Shown: positions 35,380-45,430 of the stretch, one piece after another
Layout: each line of letters begins with the position of its first letter
Position numbering within the stretch: position 1 is the stretch's first letter
Source of the DNA: Candidatus Bathyarchaeota archaeon
GTDB lineage: Archaea > Thermoproteota > Bathyarchaeia > Bathyarchaeales > Bathycorpusculaceae
Assembly: GCA_963717465.1 (NCBI GenBank)
Contig: OY970340.1
Location: forward strand, 2,688,001 to 2,752,000
Direction of reading: 5' to 3'
DNA: 64,000 nt
The notes under the pieces: generated by a model
What the model was told of the DNA's origin: nothing
The model's database searches: none
The model's input: the letters and a program-made list of their open reading frames with translations, nothing else
Program-made: the position numbers and the translations under genes

Positions 35380-35789
35380 ATCGCATAAGTTTTTTCTTTT
35401 TCAGTAATTTCTTTGAAAATTCCCGTTATTACTTGACGACCACTGCATTTCTGGCAAGCACCGACATCTTTGAACACGAAATCGCCGCGTTGGTGTTCAC
35501 GAGAACTTTTTGTTCCACAGCTTTTGCATTCTATTATGCTCATTACTTTTGGAGGTTCATTTTTCTTCGCTGTTGTTTGCCTTCTATTTTGATAAAGAAC
35601 GGCCCCTGCAGATGCTATGGCAATCACGCCAAGCAAGGCAAAGATTCCAGCGGCAACTGTATACCCAGTTGTCAGTAATACGCCGCATAGCAGCAACGTG
35701 AAAACGGCGAGGACTATAACTATAGCAATTATCATCATTAGGTAACTTGAGAGCTTTGCATTAGCCTGAGATTCTTTACTTTGAAACAT
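35376..35789 (-). CDS. Two-TM membrane protein with C-terminal Zn ribbon
   Basis: Two hydrophobic helices, CKSCG...GDFVFK...CQKC. Confidence 0.75.
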   Translation of the reverse strand: MFQSKESQANAKLSSYLMMIIAIVIVLAVFTLLLCGVLLTTGYTVAAGIFALLGVIAIASAGAVLYQNRRQTTAKKNEPPKVMSIIECKSCGTKSSREHQRGDFVFKDVGACQKCSGRQVITGIFKEITEKEKTYAI

Positions 35790-35802
35790 CTTTCATTTAC
35801 TC

Positions 35803-36914
35803 CTATTGTCCTACTCCAATGCTGTTGCCTACACCGACAATTATGACTTTATCGCCTTGTTTGGTTCTCTCTGTGATAACAGCTTTTATTCGTTCAATAA
35901 CCTTGTCTGCAGCATCGTGGATTTCTTTTCTCATGGGTGAAACTGCATCGCCAATGTCTTCTTTAATTATAACCGCGTTTATTGGAATGTTGTATTTAGC
36001 GATTTTTTCTTCAATCTTAAAAGCATCCACTCCTGGACCACCAATTGCTGCACCGATACCTTCAGCGACCTCTCCGACTGTTTCGCCTTCAAGTTTTAAG
36101 CCCGCGTCAATCATTATCAAGTTTGCAATTTTGCCTTCATTTTCTTCTATGACTGCTTCCATAGCGTCTCCTGGTTTGCCGACATTTCCGCCTGGACCTT
36201 CAGCTTTTATGATTATGGCAGTGCGTCCTTCAATTGGCACTTCTGCTACCACGCAATCTTTTTTCACCTTTCTTACTTCATAACCCTGCATCATTTTTGC
36301 GGCAACTAATGGTCCTGCACCATCTCCTATCGGCTGACCGTTAGCGAATGCTTTAAGTGCATTTGCGTAAGCTTCTGCTTCTTTCATAACCAAGGGCAAT
36401 ATCATTTGTAGCTGCATTATTATGTATAGGCTTAATGTTTTTTTGCCTTGGATGTAATAGTGTCGAACCACTTTGTAAATGTAGTTTAACGCCATTGCGG
36501 CTTCCAGAGTGTTTTCCAAATTGTTAATTTGGACTTCATCGCTTGAAGGAGCCATCAATTTTACTTCATCTTTAAGACGTTCGTCTCTAACGTCAAGTAT
36601 GTGATCCAGCTTGTTGACTAATACCTGATGGATCCATACTTTGTGGGGCAATAGTGAAGTAATCTAAATAACGATCCACATGGCTGGTAGGATCAACTTG
36701 TGGCTTACCTATCTCTTTTAATGTTTCGATAGCCATTTTTCGCCCTTCTTCTTTTATGAACTTTAATTTGTGAAGGTTAGCTTCAACTTCACGAATCATA
36801 ATGTACATTTGTATTCGTTGACCATAAAAAATGAACACTATGAAGACATGCGTAAAATGCTATACTTAGTATCTGTGAGAACAAGTCAGTACCAGTGCCT
36901 GTAAGAAGACTCAT
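35803..36914 (-). CDS. DUF1512-family protein (frameshifts near 36850 and 36620)
   Basis: PIGDGAGP, KAEGPGGNVGKPG, IDAGLKLEGE, GAAIGGPG, GVGNSIGVGQ. Confidence 0.82.
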
Positions 36915-37008
36915 CTTTTAAACACCCTTTCTCTCACAAACTATTATCACTTAGTTATAAAGCTATGCCAAATTCACCCATTATTCTGCCTTAAATAGTG
37001 AATTAGAT

Positions 37009-37132
37009 AGGTTGCCAGCTTTCTCAGGTTCACGTGGCCTAAGACCACACTACAGCTGGGAACGGAACACGGTTTAACTTCTGAGTTCGGAATGGGATCA
37101 GGTGGAACCCGTGCCCTATGGCCGGCAAACCC
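37009..37132 (-). rRNA. rrf: 5S rRNA, unlinked to 16S/23S
   Basis: GGCCATAG...CACCTGATCCCATTCCGAACTCAGAAGTTAA core; complementary ends TTGCCGGC/GCTGGCAA. Confidence 0.95.
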
Positions 37133-37549
37133 AACGTATCTGGAATGATATCCTAAATTAACCTTTCGCTTATAATGTGTCAATTTCCAATGACTCCTTC
37201 AAAAAACGCCCAGCCTCTTCTCTAATAAAAACGATCTTTTTAGAGCTTAACATTGCAGGTTATTTAGCCAAACAACCGAACGTTAGGGAATACACACATA
37301 AACTGATATTAAGAAACATGAAAATGCCCGATGCCTCCAAAGGTTTTAAGCCAGGACAGCCTAATCGCCGATTTTCCGAACTTAAGCAAGCAGAAATAAA
37401 CAATGAAATGTTTAATTTTTAATATTGTAGAAGCTGGTTTACAATTTGATTTTGGCAATTATATGTTGAATGCAAAATTCTCCACATGATGTTTGAACAA
37501 TGCGGTAAAAGTTAATATTATTTTAAAATGTATTGTTTGTTTGGTAAGC

Positions 37550-37780
37550 ATGACTTCGGAAGCAGAAATTAAGAACAAGGTAGATAAAATAAAAGAATTG
37601 CAATCTCAAATAGAAAGTCTACAAAAAGACGTTAATGTCGTAACAAGGAATTTGCAGGCAACGCGAACAGGAACCTTTTTTGTGACACTCCCTAGAGGAT
37701 GGTGTGAAGCCCACAAACTAAAGAAAGGCTCACAAATTACAATTTCAGTGCAGAAAGATAGCTTAATCATTATTCCTTAG
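37550..37780 (+). CDS. AbrB/MazE/SpoVT-type DNA-binding protein with N-terminal coiled coil
   Basis: RNLQATRTGTFFVTLPRGW...LKKGSQI...SLIIIP. Confidence 0.75.
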   Translation: MTSEAEIKNKVDKIKELQSQIESLQKDVNVVTRNLQATRTGTFFVTLPRGWCEAHKLKKGSQITISVQKDSLIIIP

Positions 37781-37871
37781 TAATCATGAAAAGAAATTAA
37801 GGCAACACATTATGCGCATTCGAGCAAGGAGCAAGGTTACTTTTGATGCTTTTCATTTAATAAATAAAGAG

Positions 37872-38008
37872 TGGGGTCGGAGTGATTTGAACACTCAACC
37901 TTTGGGTATCTTCAGACAAGCTCCAAAGTTAAGTCATTCCCCGAAGGGTCAGCATACCCTGTGCTAATCTCTGGAGCCCAACGTCATGCCTGATTAGACT
38001 ACGACCCC
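37872..38008 (-). tRNA. tRNA-Trp(CCA) with 63-nt intron at 37/38 (intron 37908-37970)
   Basis: Acceptor GGGGTCG/CGACCCC, anticodon stem TTGGG/CCCAA, loop CT-CCA-G^A, T-arm GAGTG TTCAAAT CACTC. Confidence 0.93.
37908..37970 (-). ncRNA. Intron-encoded box C/D-type guide RNA
   Basis: Two CUGA boxes, internal AAUGA, guides GGGUAU and UUUGGAGC complementary to the host pre-tRNA. Confidence 0.7.
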
Positions 38009-38248
38009 AACACTTCCCTAACAACTCTAAAAACTCATATTTATACAATATGACATAGGTAAGATGCTTAGAACAGAGATGTTATATTAAACATTAGAAA
38101 CAAAAAAGCAAATTGTTCTTCATAAAAACTTGCTGTTCTCCACCTCTAAATCCAGCCGACCACATCAAATGTTTGATTTGAAGATAAAACTCCTATCGAA
38201 GCTTGCCAAATAACCATTGAAGGCAAAACAAATGGATAACTTTACAAA

Positions 38249-38569
38249 ATGCAAGCAATAACACTTTTCATGACTCAATCAACCAAAGAAAATATTGAAA
38301 ATGAAGATAATAAAAGGCAAATTTTATTGACAAAACTTAACGCTGAAATGAAATTTAATGCTATAATGGGCATTAGTCTTATTGCAAGTAGTTTGGTTAT
38401 TTTTTTTGTTAATATTTACATTTACACTTACTTGCTGACTAACGATTATATTAAAGCATACATTAATACCGTCTTAGAAACATTTGCAATTATATTTGCG
38501 GGATACGGAATACGTTATTTAGGCAAAGCACACGGCAATAAGAAACAATTTCGAAAACTCATCACATAA
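38249..38569 (+). CDS. Hypothetical two-TM membrane protein
   Basis: Two hydrophobic segments; AT-rich. Confidence 0.55.
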   Translation: MQAITLFMTQSTKENIENEDNKRQILLTKLNAEMKFNAIMGISLIASSLVIFFVNIYIYTYLLTNDYIKAYINTVLETFAIIFAGYGIRYLGKAHGNKKQFRKLIT

Positions 38570-38689
38570 AACGCTTAAGTCATCAACCGAATTTTTACTT
38601 GGAAGTTTAACGACAACTTTACAGACCAAAATAGGTTACTTTTTAAGCAACACTAGATAATGTTTTTTTTTAATTAGGAGATAATAATA

Positions 38690-39631
38690 GTGGCATCGAT
38701 TGAAGCAGTAAGCCTAACGAAACGGTATGGCGCGTTTACAGCCCTCTCGGATTTTAACTTGAAAATTGAGGGCTCAAAATGCGTAGGTTTTCTGGGACCA
38801 AACGGTTCAGGAAAAACTACGACGCTGAAAATGTTCACTGACTTAATTAGGCCAACCAAGGGAGAAGCCTTAATCAATAATATCAATGTTCACAAACAGA
38901 AGAAGAAAGCATTAGAATCCGTGGGTGCACTAATTGAAACGCCAGAAATTTACTCGTCCCTCACCCCGAGGGAAGCATTAACTATGATTGCCGAGATTCG
39001 CGGTGTGCCTGCTAATGAAAGAAAAAAACGAGTTGAAGAAGCACTTGCTGAAGTGCATTTAGAAGAGTGGATTGACAAGCGAGTAGGCAAGTTTTCGAAG
39101 GGAATGAAACAAAGAGCATGCATTGCATCAGCATTACTTAGCGACCCATCAATTATATTGTTAGATGAACCTACCACCGGACTTGACCCCAGAGGTATGA
39201 GTGAAGTTAGGGATATAATCAAGTCGCTTAAGAGTAAAAATAGACTCATCTTCATGAGTTCACATCTTCTCAGCGAGGTTTCGGATGTTTGCGACCAAGT
39301 GGCAATGATTAATCACGGCAAACTAATTGTGTATGACACAATATCCAATGTAACTGCCAAGTTCTCAGGTGGAAATAACGTTGTAGAAGTTGGACTTCAA
39401 CATCAGATTGACGACAAATTCATTAACAAAACGATTCCGTCATTTGCAGGCGTAGTTAATGTAGAGAAAATGGACGAAAAAGATCTTAAAATAACTTTCA
39501 CTGGCGGATCGGATGCGCAGGAGCAACTCCTCATCAACCTCGTTAAGTTGAATATTGGTGTCATAAGTTACAGACCAGCGGCATCGGAACTTGAAGATGC
39601 ATACTTAAAATTAATTACTGCAACGTTGTGA
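38690..39631 (+). CDS. ABC-2 type exporter ATP-binding subunit
   Basis: GPNGSGKTT, FSKGMKQ, LLDEPTTGLD, SSH. Confidence 0.95.
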   Translation: MASIEAVSLTKRYGAFTALSDFNLKIEGSKCVGFLGPNGSGKTTTLKMFTDLIRPTKGEALINNINVHKQKKKALESVGALIETPEIYSSLTPREALTMIAEIRGVPANERKKRVEEALAEVHLEEWIDKRVGKFSKGMKQRACIASALLSDPSIILLDEPTTGLDPRGMSEVRDIIKSLKSKNRLIFMSSHLLSEVSDVCDQVAMINHGKLIVYDTISNVTAKFSGGNNVVEVGLQHQIDDKFINKTIPSFAGVVNVEKMDEKDLKITFTGGSDAQEQLLINLVKLNIGVISYRPAASELEDAYLKLITATL

Positions 39632-39635
39632 GAAA

Positions 39636-40481
39636 ATGAGCAAAAACCAAGTTGAATCAAAAAATATTTTGCCCAGCAGCTTAACGCAAACGGGCGTTAC
39701 TTTGAAGTACACGTTTCTTGATTATGTGAGATCTCGCAGATTCTACATAATGCTTATAATAACAGTTCTAATAAGCGTACTCTTAACGGTTGTTGTTGGG
39801 CATTATCGCCCGGAGAGTTATCTTTCATCGAACTTATCCTTCTACAACAACTGGTGGGGCAGCTGGGTCACTTTCGTTATCATACTTTCTGGGATATTCT
39901 TTGGAGGCGACGCAATTTCAGGCGAATTCCAAAATAAAACAGGCTATTTTGGAGTTCCAAACCCAATTAGAAGATCATCGATATACATTGGAAAGTGGTT
40001 AGCCGCTTTTATCGCAGCTACTATCATGATAGGCATTTTCACAGTTGTAACATTGGGAAATGGATTATACTATTTCTCAAGCGTTCCATACCAATTTGTA
40101 GAGTCATTCCTATTTTCACTATTCTATCTCATTGCAGTCCTCGGATTCACATTCTTTTTCAGTTCACTATTCAAAAGCAGTTCAGTATCTATACTTATGA
40201 CAGCAATACTTTTCCTTTTCGTGTTCTCACTAGTCCAGACTATCGTATCAGCTTTAGTCCAAATTGAACCATGGTTCATCCTTACTTACGGATCAGACAT
40301 AATCAAAAACGTGCTAACAACAACATACCCAGCAAACGTAGCGACAACAACTATAGGTCGAAACATAACGTTAACAACGTACACCGCAACAATACCTGAA
40401 GGACTTGCAATCATAGGAGTGTACTTCATCGTCACGACAATCATTGGCTTGATTCTTTTCGAAAGAAAAGAATTTACCTAA
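39636..40481 (+). CDS. ABC-2 type permease
   Basis: About 6 TM helices, AISGEFQNKT...PIRRSSIYIGK; coupled to the ATPase gene. Confidence 0.9.
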   Translation: MSKNQVESKNILPSSLTQTGVTLKYTFLDYVRSRRFYIMLIITVLISVLLTVVVGHYRPESYLSSNLSFYNNWWGSWVTFVIILSGIFFGGDAISGEFQNKTGYFGVPNPIRRSSIYIGKWLAAFIAATIMIGIFTVVTLGNGLYYFSSVPYQFVESFLFSLFYLIAVLGFTFFFSSLFKSSSVSILMTAILFLFVFSLVQTIVSALVQIEPWFILTYGSDIIKNVLTTTYPANVATTTIGRNITLTTYTATIPEGLAIIGVYFIVTTIIGLILFERKEFT

Positions 40482-40574
40482 AAAAGCTGGAACGGTTCGC
40501 CCCTCTCAATTTTTTTACCTTTAATCTTCGAACTTTTTCAACAAAATGGAGAAAGCAAAAAAGAGATAGGCTTG

Positions 40575-41606
40575 TTAAAATATCTTGTTAATTTTTGGCT
40601 TTGCTTTGCCTTTAATGCCTATCGCTAATGCCTCTTCTATCTGCAACATGCAATCAACATGATATGCATCGTTGAAAGCTTTGTAGTCAACCTTGTTTAG
40701 GAATGCTGCATCGATTGAAACGGGCGAGTTTGAAGCTAAAATGCCTACGTCTTGCATCATAATTTTACCTGGACCCGGTAGGCAATCACAATACTGGGAG
40801 ATATCTTTTGCAAAACTTACGAAGGATACCTTGTTTGGCTTAAAAGTATTAAGAACCCCATAAGCAGCGGAAGCGATGGCCCTGCAAAGATCATCCTGAT
40901 GAGTGAAACTGATTGCTTCTGCAGGACAAGCCTGTTTGCACATGGGACAGCGCATGCATAGTGGAGATGTGTTTCTGGCTTTTCCTTCAATTATCTGTGG
41001 CAGATTCAAAGCGCATACTTGCTTGCATTTTCCACAGCCAGTGCATTTTGATTCATCTATTTTTAATCCAACTGTTCTGTGTTGCCTTAATTTACCAGTT
41101 TTCGGCGTGCAACCCATGCCTAAATTCTTTATGGCTCCTCCAAAACCCGTAAGCTCATGGCCCTTATCATGGGAAACAACGATCATAGCATCTGCCTCTG
41201 CGATAGCGCCTGAAACTTCAATTTCGTCAAGAATGCCCTTTGTTTTTACAAGCCGATAATTCTCACTCTTTAACCCGTCAGCCACAATGAAAGGTGCAAG
41301 GTTAAAACCATTCATCAACGCCGTAGCCATATGATCAACTGCATTGTTGCGGTGAGCTTGATAATAAGTGTTTGAATCAGTCAAAAATGGTTTACCTCCT
41401 TGCTCCTTAACCTTGCGAATTATGTCATGCACAAAAAAAGGCTGTACATAGAAGGGATTACCCAACTCGCCCACATGCAACTTAATTGCTACAAGGTCGC
41501 CTTTTTTCACACAATCAAAAGTTCCTGCAACATCATAAAGGCGCTCAGTTTCTTTTATCAAATCATGGCTTGTATCCCAAGGAATATAATGAACAGTCAT
41601 AATCAT
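40575..41606 (-). CDS. DUF362-family iron-sulfur protein
   Basis: KLHVGELGN, PFLTDSNT, KGHELTGFGGAIKNLGMGC, two CxxCxxCxxxC motifs, CDC. Confidence 0.9.
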   Translation of the reverse strand: MIMTVHYIPWDTSHDLIKETERLYDVAGTFDCVKKGDLVAIKLHVGELGNPFYVQPFFVHDIIRKVKEQGGKPFLTDSNTYYQAHRNNAVDHMATALMNGFNLAPFIVADGLKSENYRLVKTKGILDEIEVSGAIAEADAMIVVSHDKGHELTGFGGAIKNLGMGCTPKTGKLRQHRTVGLKIDESKCTGCGKCKQVCALNLPQIIEGKARNTSPLCMRCPMCKQACPAEAISFTHQDDLCRAIASAAYGVLNTFKPNKVSFVSFAKDISQYCDCLPGPGKIMMQDVGILASNSPVSIDAAFLNKVDYKAFNDAYHVDCMLQIEEALAIGIKGKAKPKINKIF

Positions 41607-41860
41607 GCCTCCTTTTAGCAATTTGCGTCTATGCATATAAAGTTAGGCGAATTCAACTTAAAAACCGTCAAGCACTATTTTATTTTCTATTTAGATGATG
41701 CAAAACATCATGCACCCTATGAACCCATTGCTTTTACAAAGGCTAATTTGAAGGTAAGGATTAACGAAGATTCGTAAATTAATGGAACGCCTGGTTATAA
41801 TGATAGTTTTTGAATAATAGATGGCTCGCATTCAGGATAATCGTATTGCTGGGTTCGCTT

Positions 41861-42010
41861 TTAGTCATTGAAGCTTACATCAGAGTTCTTATCTAACAGC
41901 TGCTTTTTCGAGATACGTTGGGTTGATCCTACACTGTATAGAACCCATCCAAAAATCCAAATTATGCAAGCAACTGGAAGCAACACAATTCTTAGCCACC
42001 CTTTGACCAT
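41861..42010 (-). CDS. 49-aa single-TM microprotein
   Basis: MVKGWLRIVLLPVACIIWIFGWVLYSVGS...; GGGAG RBS. Not in ORF track. Confidence 0.6.
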   Translation of the reverse strand: MVKGWLRIVLLPVACIIWIFGWVLYSVGSTQRISKKQLLDKNSDVSFND

Positions 42011-42297
42011 TTATTCTCCCGCGCGAGTAATTTCGGTTGAATTTACAGATAAGCTTTGCGGCAAAGGAGGCAGTGTTAAATAGCTCAAGACTGTTGATGT
42101 ATGTTTACAGTTTCGTGTTTCAATTTGGTTTCGGTTTGACTTATGTCGATTTTATTCGGAACTGGGAGGAAAATAGTAAGCTGCTGCCACCTAAATCAAT
42201 TAGCGGTTGGAAATGCACCAAGAAATGGCTTGTTTTTTAATTTAATAACAAAAATTTCCTTAAAAATTGCCAAATTGGAAAACTTTATTTCTAATAA

Positions 42298-42798
42298 ATG
42301 TATTATTTCTTATTGGCGTTCTTGTTGGTTAATATAAGCAATATTCTATTGGCCTTTGACAGTTCCGAAAATTCTTACCACGCCATGGAGTTTGCACTGA
42401 CCTTAGCGGAGAAATTTGATGCGTCAGTAATGATCTTAAACGTTTTTCAGGTTCCAATGATGGTTACTCAGGCTTCTACAGATCCAATGTCAACATCAAA
42501 TGTTCTATCAAGTTCAGGCAGCGACGCGAAATTCATCGATGACCTAAAAGAAATCCATGAAGAAATGATAAATAGGGCAATCAACAAGGCTAAAAAAATT
42601 AAACCAAACGTTAAAGTTTCATCAGAACTAAAAGAAGGAGAACCAGCGCTTCAAATCGTTGAAACAGCAAAAGATGAAAACTTTGACGTCATCGTAATTG
42701 GACACAAAGGTGAAAGCAGGATGCGCGAGTTTCTTTTGGGCAGCAACAGCGAGAAAGTTGCACATATAGCCCAATGCCCAGTTATAATCGTAAAATAG
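42298..42798 (+). CDS. Universal stress protein (UspA family); true start probably near 42325
   Basis: ILLAFDSSENS, GEPALQIV, DVIVIGHKG, LLGSNSEKV..AQCPVIIVK. Confidence 0.92.
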   Translation: MYYFLLAFLLVNISNILLAFDSSENSYHAMEFALTLAEKFDASVMILNVFQVPMMVTQASTDPMSTSNVLSSSGSDAKFIDDLKEIHEEMINRAINKAKKIKPNVKVSSELKEGEPALQIVETAKDENFDVIVIGHKGESRMREFLLGSNSEKVAHIAQCPVIIVK

Positions 42799-42910
42799 AA
42801 AACTCCTTTCCCGCGAATACTACTGACTAGGCAAGCGTTGAGCATTAACCTTTCTTTCGTTAAAGTATTAAATTGCTTTTCTGTATTCTATAAAATAAAG
42901 GGAAAGAAAG

Positions 42911-44275
42911 TTAGTCTTTTACGAGTTTTTCTTTTGCTTGTTCAATCAGTTTTATGGTCTGCGTACGCCAGGGTTCAAATTCTTTTGGTGAATCAGGGTA
43001 TGTTTTGTAGTGTGCTCCAAGTTGTCGCATCATAGTAACCGTCAATCTCAACTTCTTAAGGAAACTGACACGTTTAATGCCTCTGAACACTCGTCTAGCA
43101 GTTTCAGTAATGTTTAAATGGAAATCATCACCCATTCCAGCTTTAAGCACATCGTCCTCGGTTAATAGTTTCTCATTCATGCCATAGTTCAAGTCTTGAT
43201 CGCTGCACTGCAACAAAAATAGCCTGAAAACTTCTAAACTTGCTTGTTTTTTACCGTAAGTTTCAATGTATTTTTTGTTGTAACTCCATAGTGCATCTTT
43301 TGTTGGTTCGCCTTTGCCAAGAGCCTCGACAATTGTTTGCCCCGCAAAGTACCCGCTAAGCATCGAAGGTCCAATTCCGCCTCCATGAATAGGATTGACA
43401 AGTGAAGCTGCATCGCCCACCAGCATAACGCCGTTAGAAACCATGTTATCAAACGGTCTTCGTGTCGGGTCAAACCATGAACCTGAAGTCAAAATTAACG
43501 AACCATCAAAAAGTGGCTTAGCGAACGTGTTATTATAAAGCTGCTTTTTCGGGTTAGGATACTTGCCGCGCATACATACACCTATGCCCACGTTGACTCT
43601 TGCGCCGCCTTTAGGAAAAATCCAGACATAACCGCCCGGTGAGACTGCCTGATTTAAGTAGATTTCGCAGAACCGGGTGTTTTCAGTTTCTTGTTTAAGC
43701 TGTCGAATTTCGCGGTAGCATGCTTCAACATCCTCGTTTTCTATTTCGCGGTCTATGCCCATTTCTGGTGGAAGCTGGTGTCTCACAACGCCGAAGAAGC
43801 CGCTGGCGTCAACAACAACCTTGCTTTTCAACTGAAGATTCTGGCCTGTTCTCATGTTCTTTGCTGATACTCCTTTTACAGCGCCTTTCTCAATGATGGG
43901 TTCACGAAAATTCATGCTGTCCATAAGAACTGCACCTTTATCTGTTGCTTTTTTTAAGAGCCATTGACCGAACAAGCGCCTGTTTAAAAGGTACCCGACA
44001 AAATCCTTGTCAGCTATAGTAAAAATTGTCTCTTCATCTGGAGAGTAAATTTTGATTCCATCAATTCGGGCTTCCAATTCTCCCCCGCTGGGTTTTTCTA
44101 AACCCAAAAACTTTAGGTGGTGTTCTCCTAAAGCGTCGCCGCAGATTTTTTCGCCTATTTCTTCGGGTTTCTTTTTTTCAATTATGCATACTTTTAATCC
44201 TGCTTCGGCGATGGTTTTTGCCGTTAAGCAACCGGCAGTTCCTGCGCCAACAACTATGGCGTCGTAATTTTCCAT
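42911..44275 (-). CDS. Geranylgeranyl reductase family protein
   Basis: VVGAGTAG, KICGD, PGGYVWIFPKG, VGDAA..VNPIHGGGI. Confidence 0.9.
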   Translation of the reverse strand: MENYDAIVVGAGTAGCLTAKTIAEAGLKVCIIEKKKPEEIGEKICGDALGEHHLKFLGLEKPSGGELEARIDGIKIYSPDEETIFTIADKDFVGYLLNRRLFGQWLLKKATDKGAVLMDSMNFREPIIEKGAVKGVSAKNMRTGQNLQLKSKVVVDASGFFGVVRHQLPPEMGIDREIENEDVEACYREIRQLKQETENTRFCEIYLNQAVSPGGYVWIFPKGGARVNVGIGVCMRGKYPNPKKQLYNNTFAKPLFDGSLILTSGSWFDPTRRPFDNMVSNGVMLVGDAASLVNPIHGGGIGPSMLSGYFAGQTIVEALGKGEPTKDALWSYNKKYIETYGKKQASLEVFRLFLLQCSDQDLNYGMNEKLLTEDDVLKAGMGDDFHLNITETARRVFRGIKRVSFLKKLRLTVTMMRQLGAHYKTYPDSPKEFEPWRTQTIKLIEQAKEKLVKD

Positions 44276-44377
44276 TAAATTTGTCTCTCCGTAACTTGAT
44301 ATACTTTGTATACTTTGTTTTATAAGTAAACACTTATAAAGTATTAAGTAAGCCAAAACACACCAAGTGTAACTAAA

Positions 44378-44806
44378 TTGACAAGCAAATTGATCTTAAG
44401 CGAGGAACTGCTTAAACTTATTCAAGCGCGCTTAGAACAAACGCTTAACGGCATAGAAGACACGTTAAATCGATTGCTAGAAAAAGAAGAAGTAACTCCA
44501 TATTTACTGAAAGAAAATCTTAAGAGTCTTGAAAGAAGCTTTAGTGTTCTTTTTCAAAAATGGAGCCTTGAAATACTTTACACTTTGTTCTTGAATAATT
44601 CAACAGGATTTAGCGAACTTAAGAAAGTTCTTAGTGTTAATTCACGAACTCTATCTGATAAGCTTAAGTTACTTCAAAAACACGGCTACATCAGCAGAAG
44701 CGTAAATTCCGGGCCGCCGTTACGCGTGGAATATGAATTAACAGCGAAAGGAAAAAACATCGTACTATTAGCGTTGCCGTTGCTTTATTATTCAAGCGCC
44801 GAATAA
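44378..44806 (+). CDS. HxlR-family winged-helix regulator
   Basis: KWSLEIL...FSELKK...SRTLSDKLKLL...PPLRVEYELTAKG. Confidence 0.9.
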   Translation: MTSKLILSEELLKLIQARLEQTLNGIEDTLNRLLEKEEVTPYLLKENLKSLERSFSVLFQKWSLEILYTLFLNNSTGFSELKKVLSVNSRTLSDKLKLLQKHGYISRSVNSGPPLRVEYELTAKGKNIVLLALPLLYYSSAE

Positions 44807-44807
44807 G

Positions 44808-45301
44808 TCATCTATTCTTTTTGGGCAGGATAGTTTTAGTTGTTTCTTTGATTGTTTCGAAAACCATGCATGTTAATGTTTTTTCCAGTCCTTTAATAAG
44901 TCTTAATTTGTCAACAACAAATTTACCTATAGAATCCACGCTTTCGGCACGAAGTTTTACAACAAATCCCAATCACCAGTAATAATGTGGACTTCTTGAA
45001 CTTCTGGGAAGCGAGCTATTTCTTCAGCCACGGTTCGTTGAGAAACTGGAGAATCGTCGTCTTTTGATCGGTATGAAACAGAAGCTAATATGAATGCGGC
45101 TGTTGCACATCTAAGTTTTTCAGGCGATAGAATAGCGCGGTATTCTCTGATTACGCCAAGTTCTTCCATCCTTTTGGTTTTTGCGAACACGGTTGTTATT
45201 GGAGCGTTGATTTTTTTGGCTATTTGGTTGGCTGTGAGTTTGCTGTTCTCCTGTATCAACATGAGTATTGCAAGGTCTTTCTCATCTAGTTTTAAGCTCA
45301 T
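44808..45301 (-). CDS. Lrp/AsnC-family transcriptional regulator (frameshift near 44957)
   Basis: LDEKDLAIL HTH, ITGDWDLL, continues KLRAESV...KTLTCMVFETIKE. Confidence 0.88.
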
Positions 45302-45430
45302 ATGTAAATATTACAATTTACTACCTATAAAAACATACATTATTTGTAAATTATCTATTTTTTGTTATAAAAAATTTATTATCTACTTTGCCAATCATAA
45401 GCGCATTACAATTTAAACAAGTGAAACACG

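Noticed and set aside
36974..37183. 69-aa minus-strand ORF
   Set aside because: Overlaps the 5S rRNA gene.
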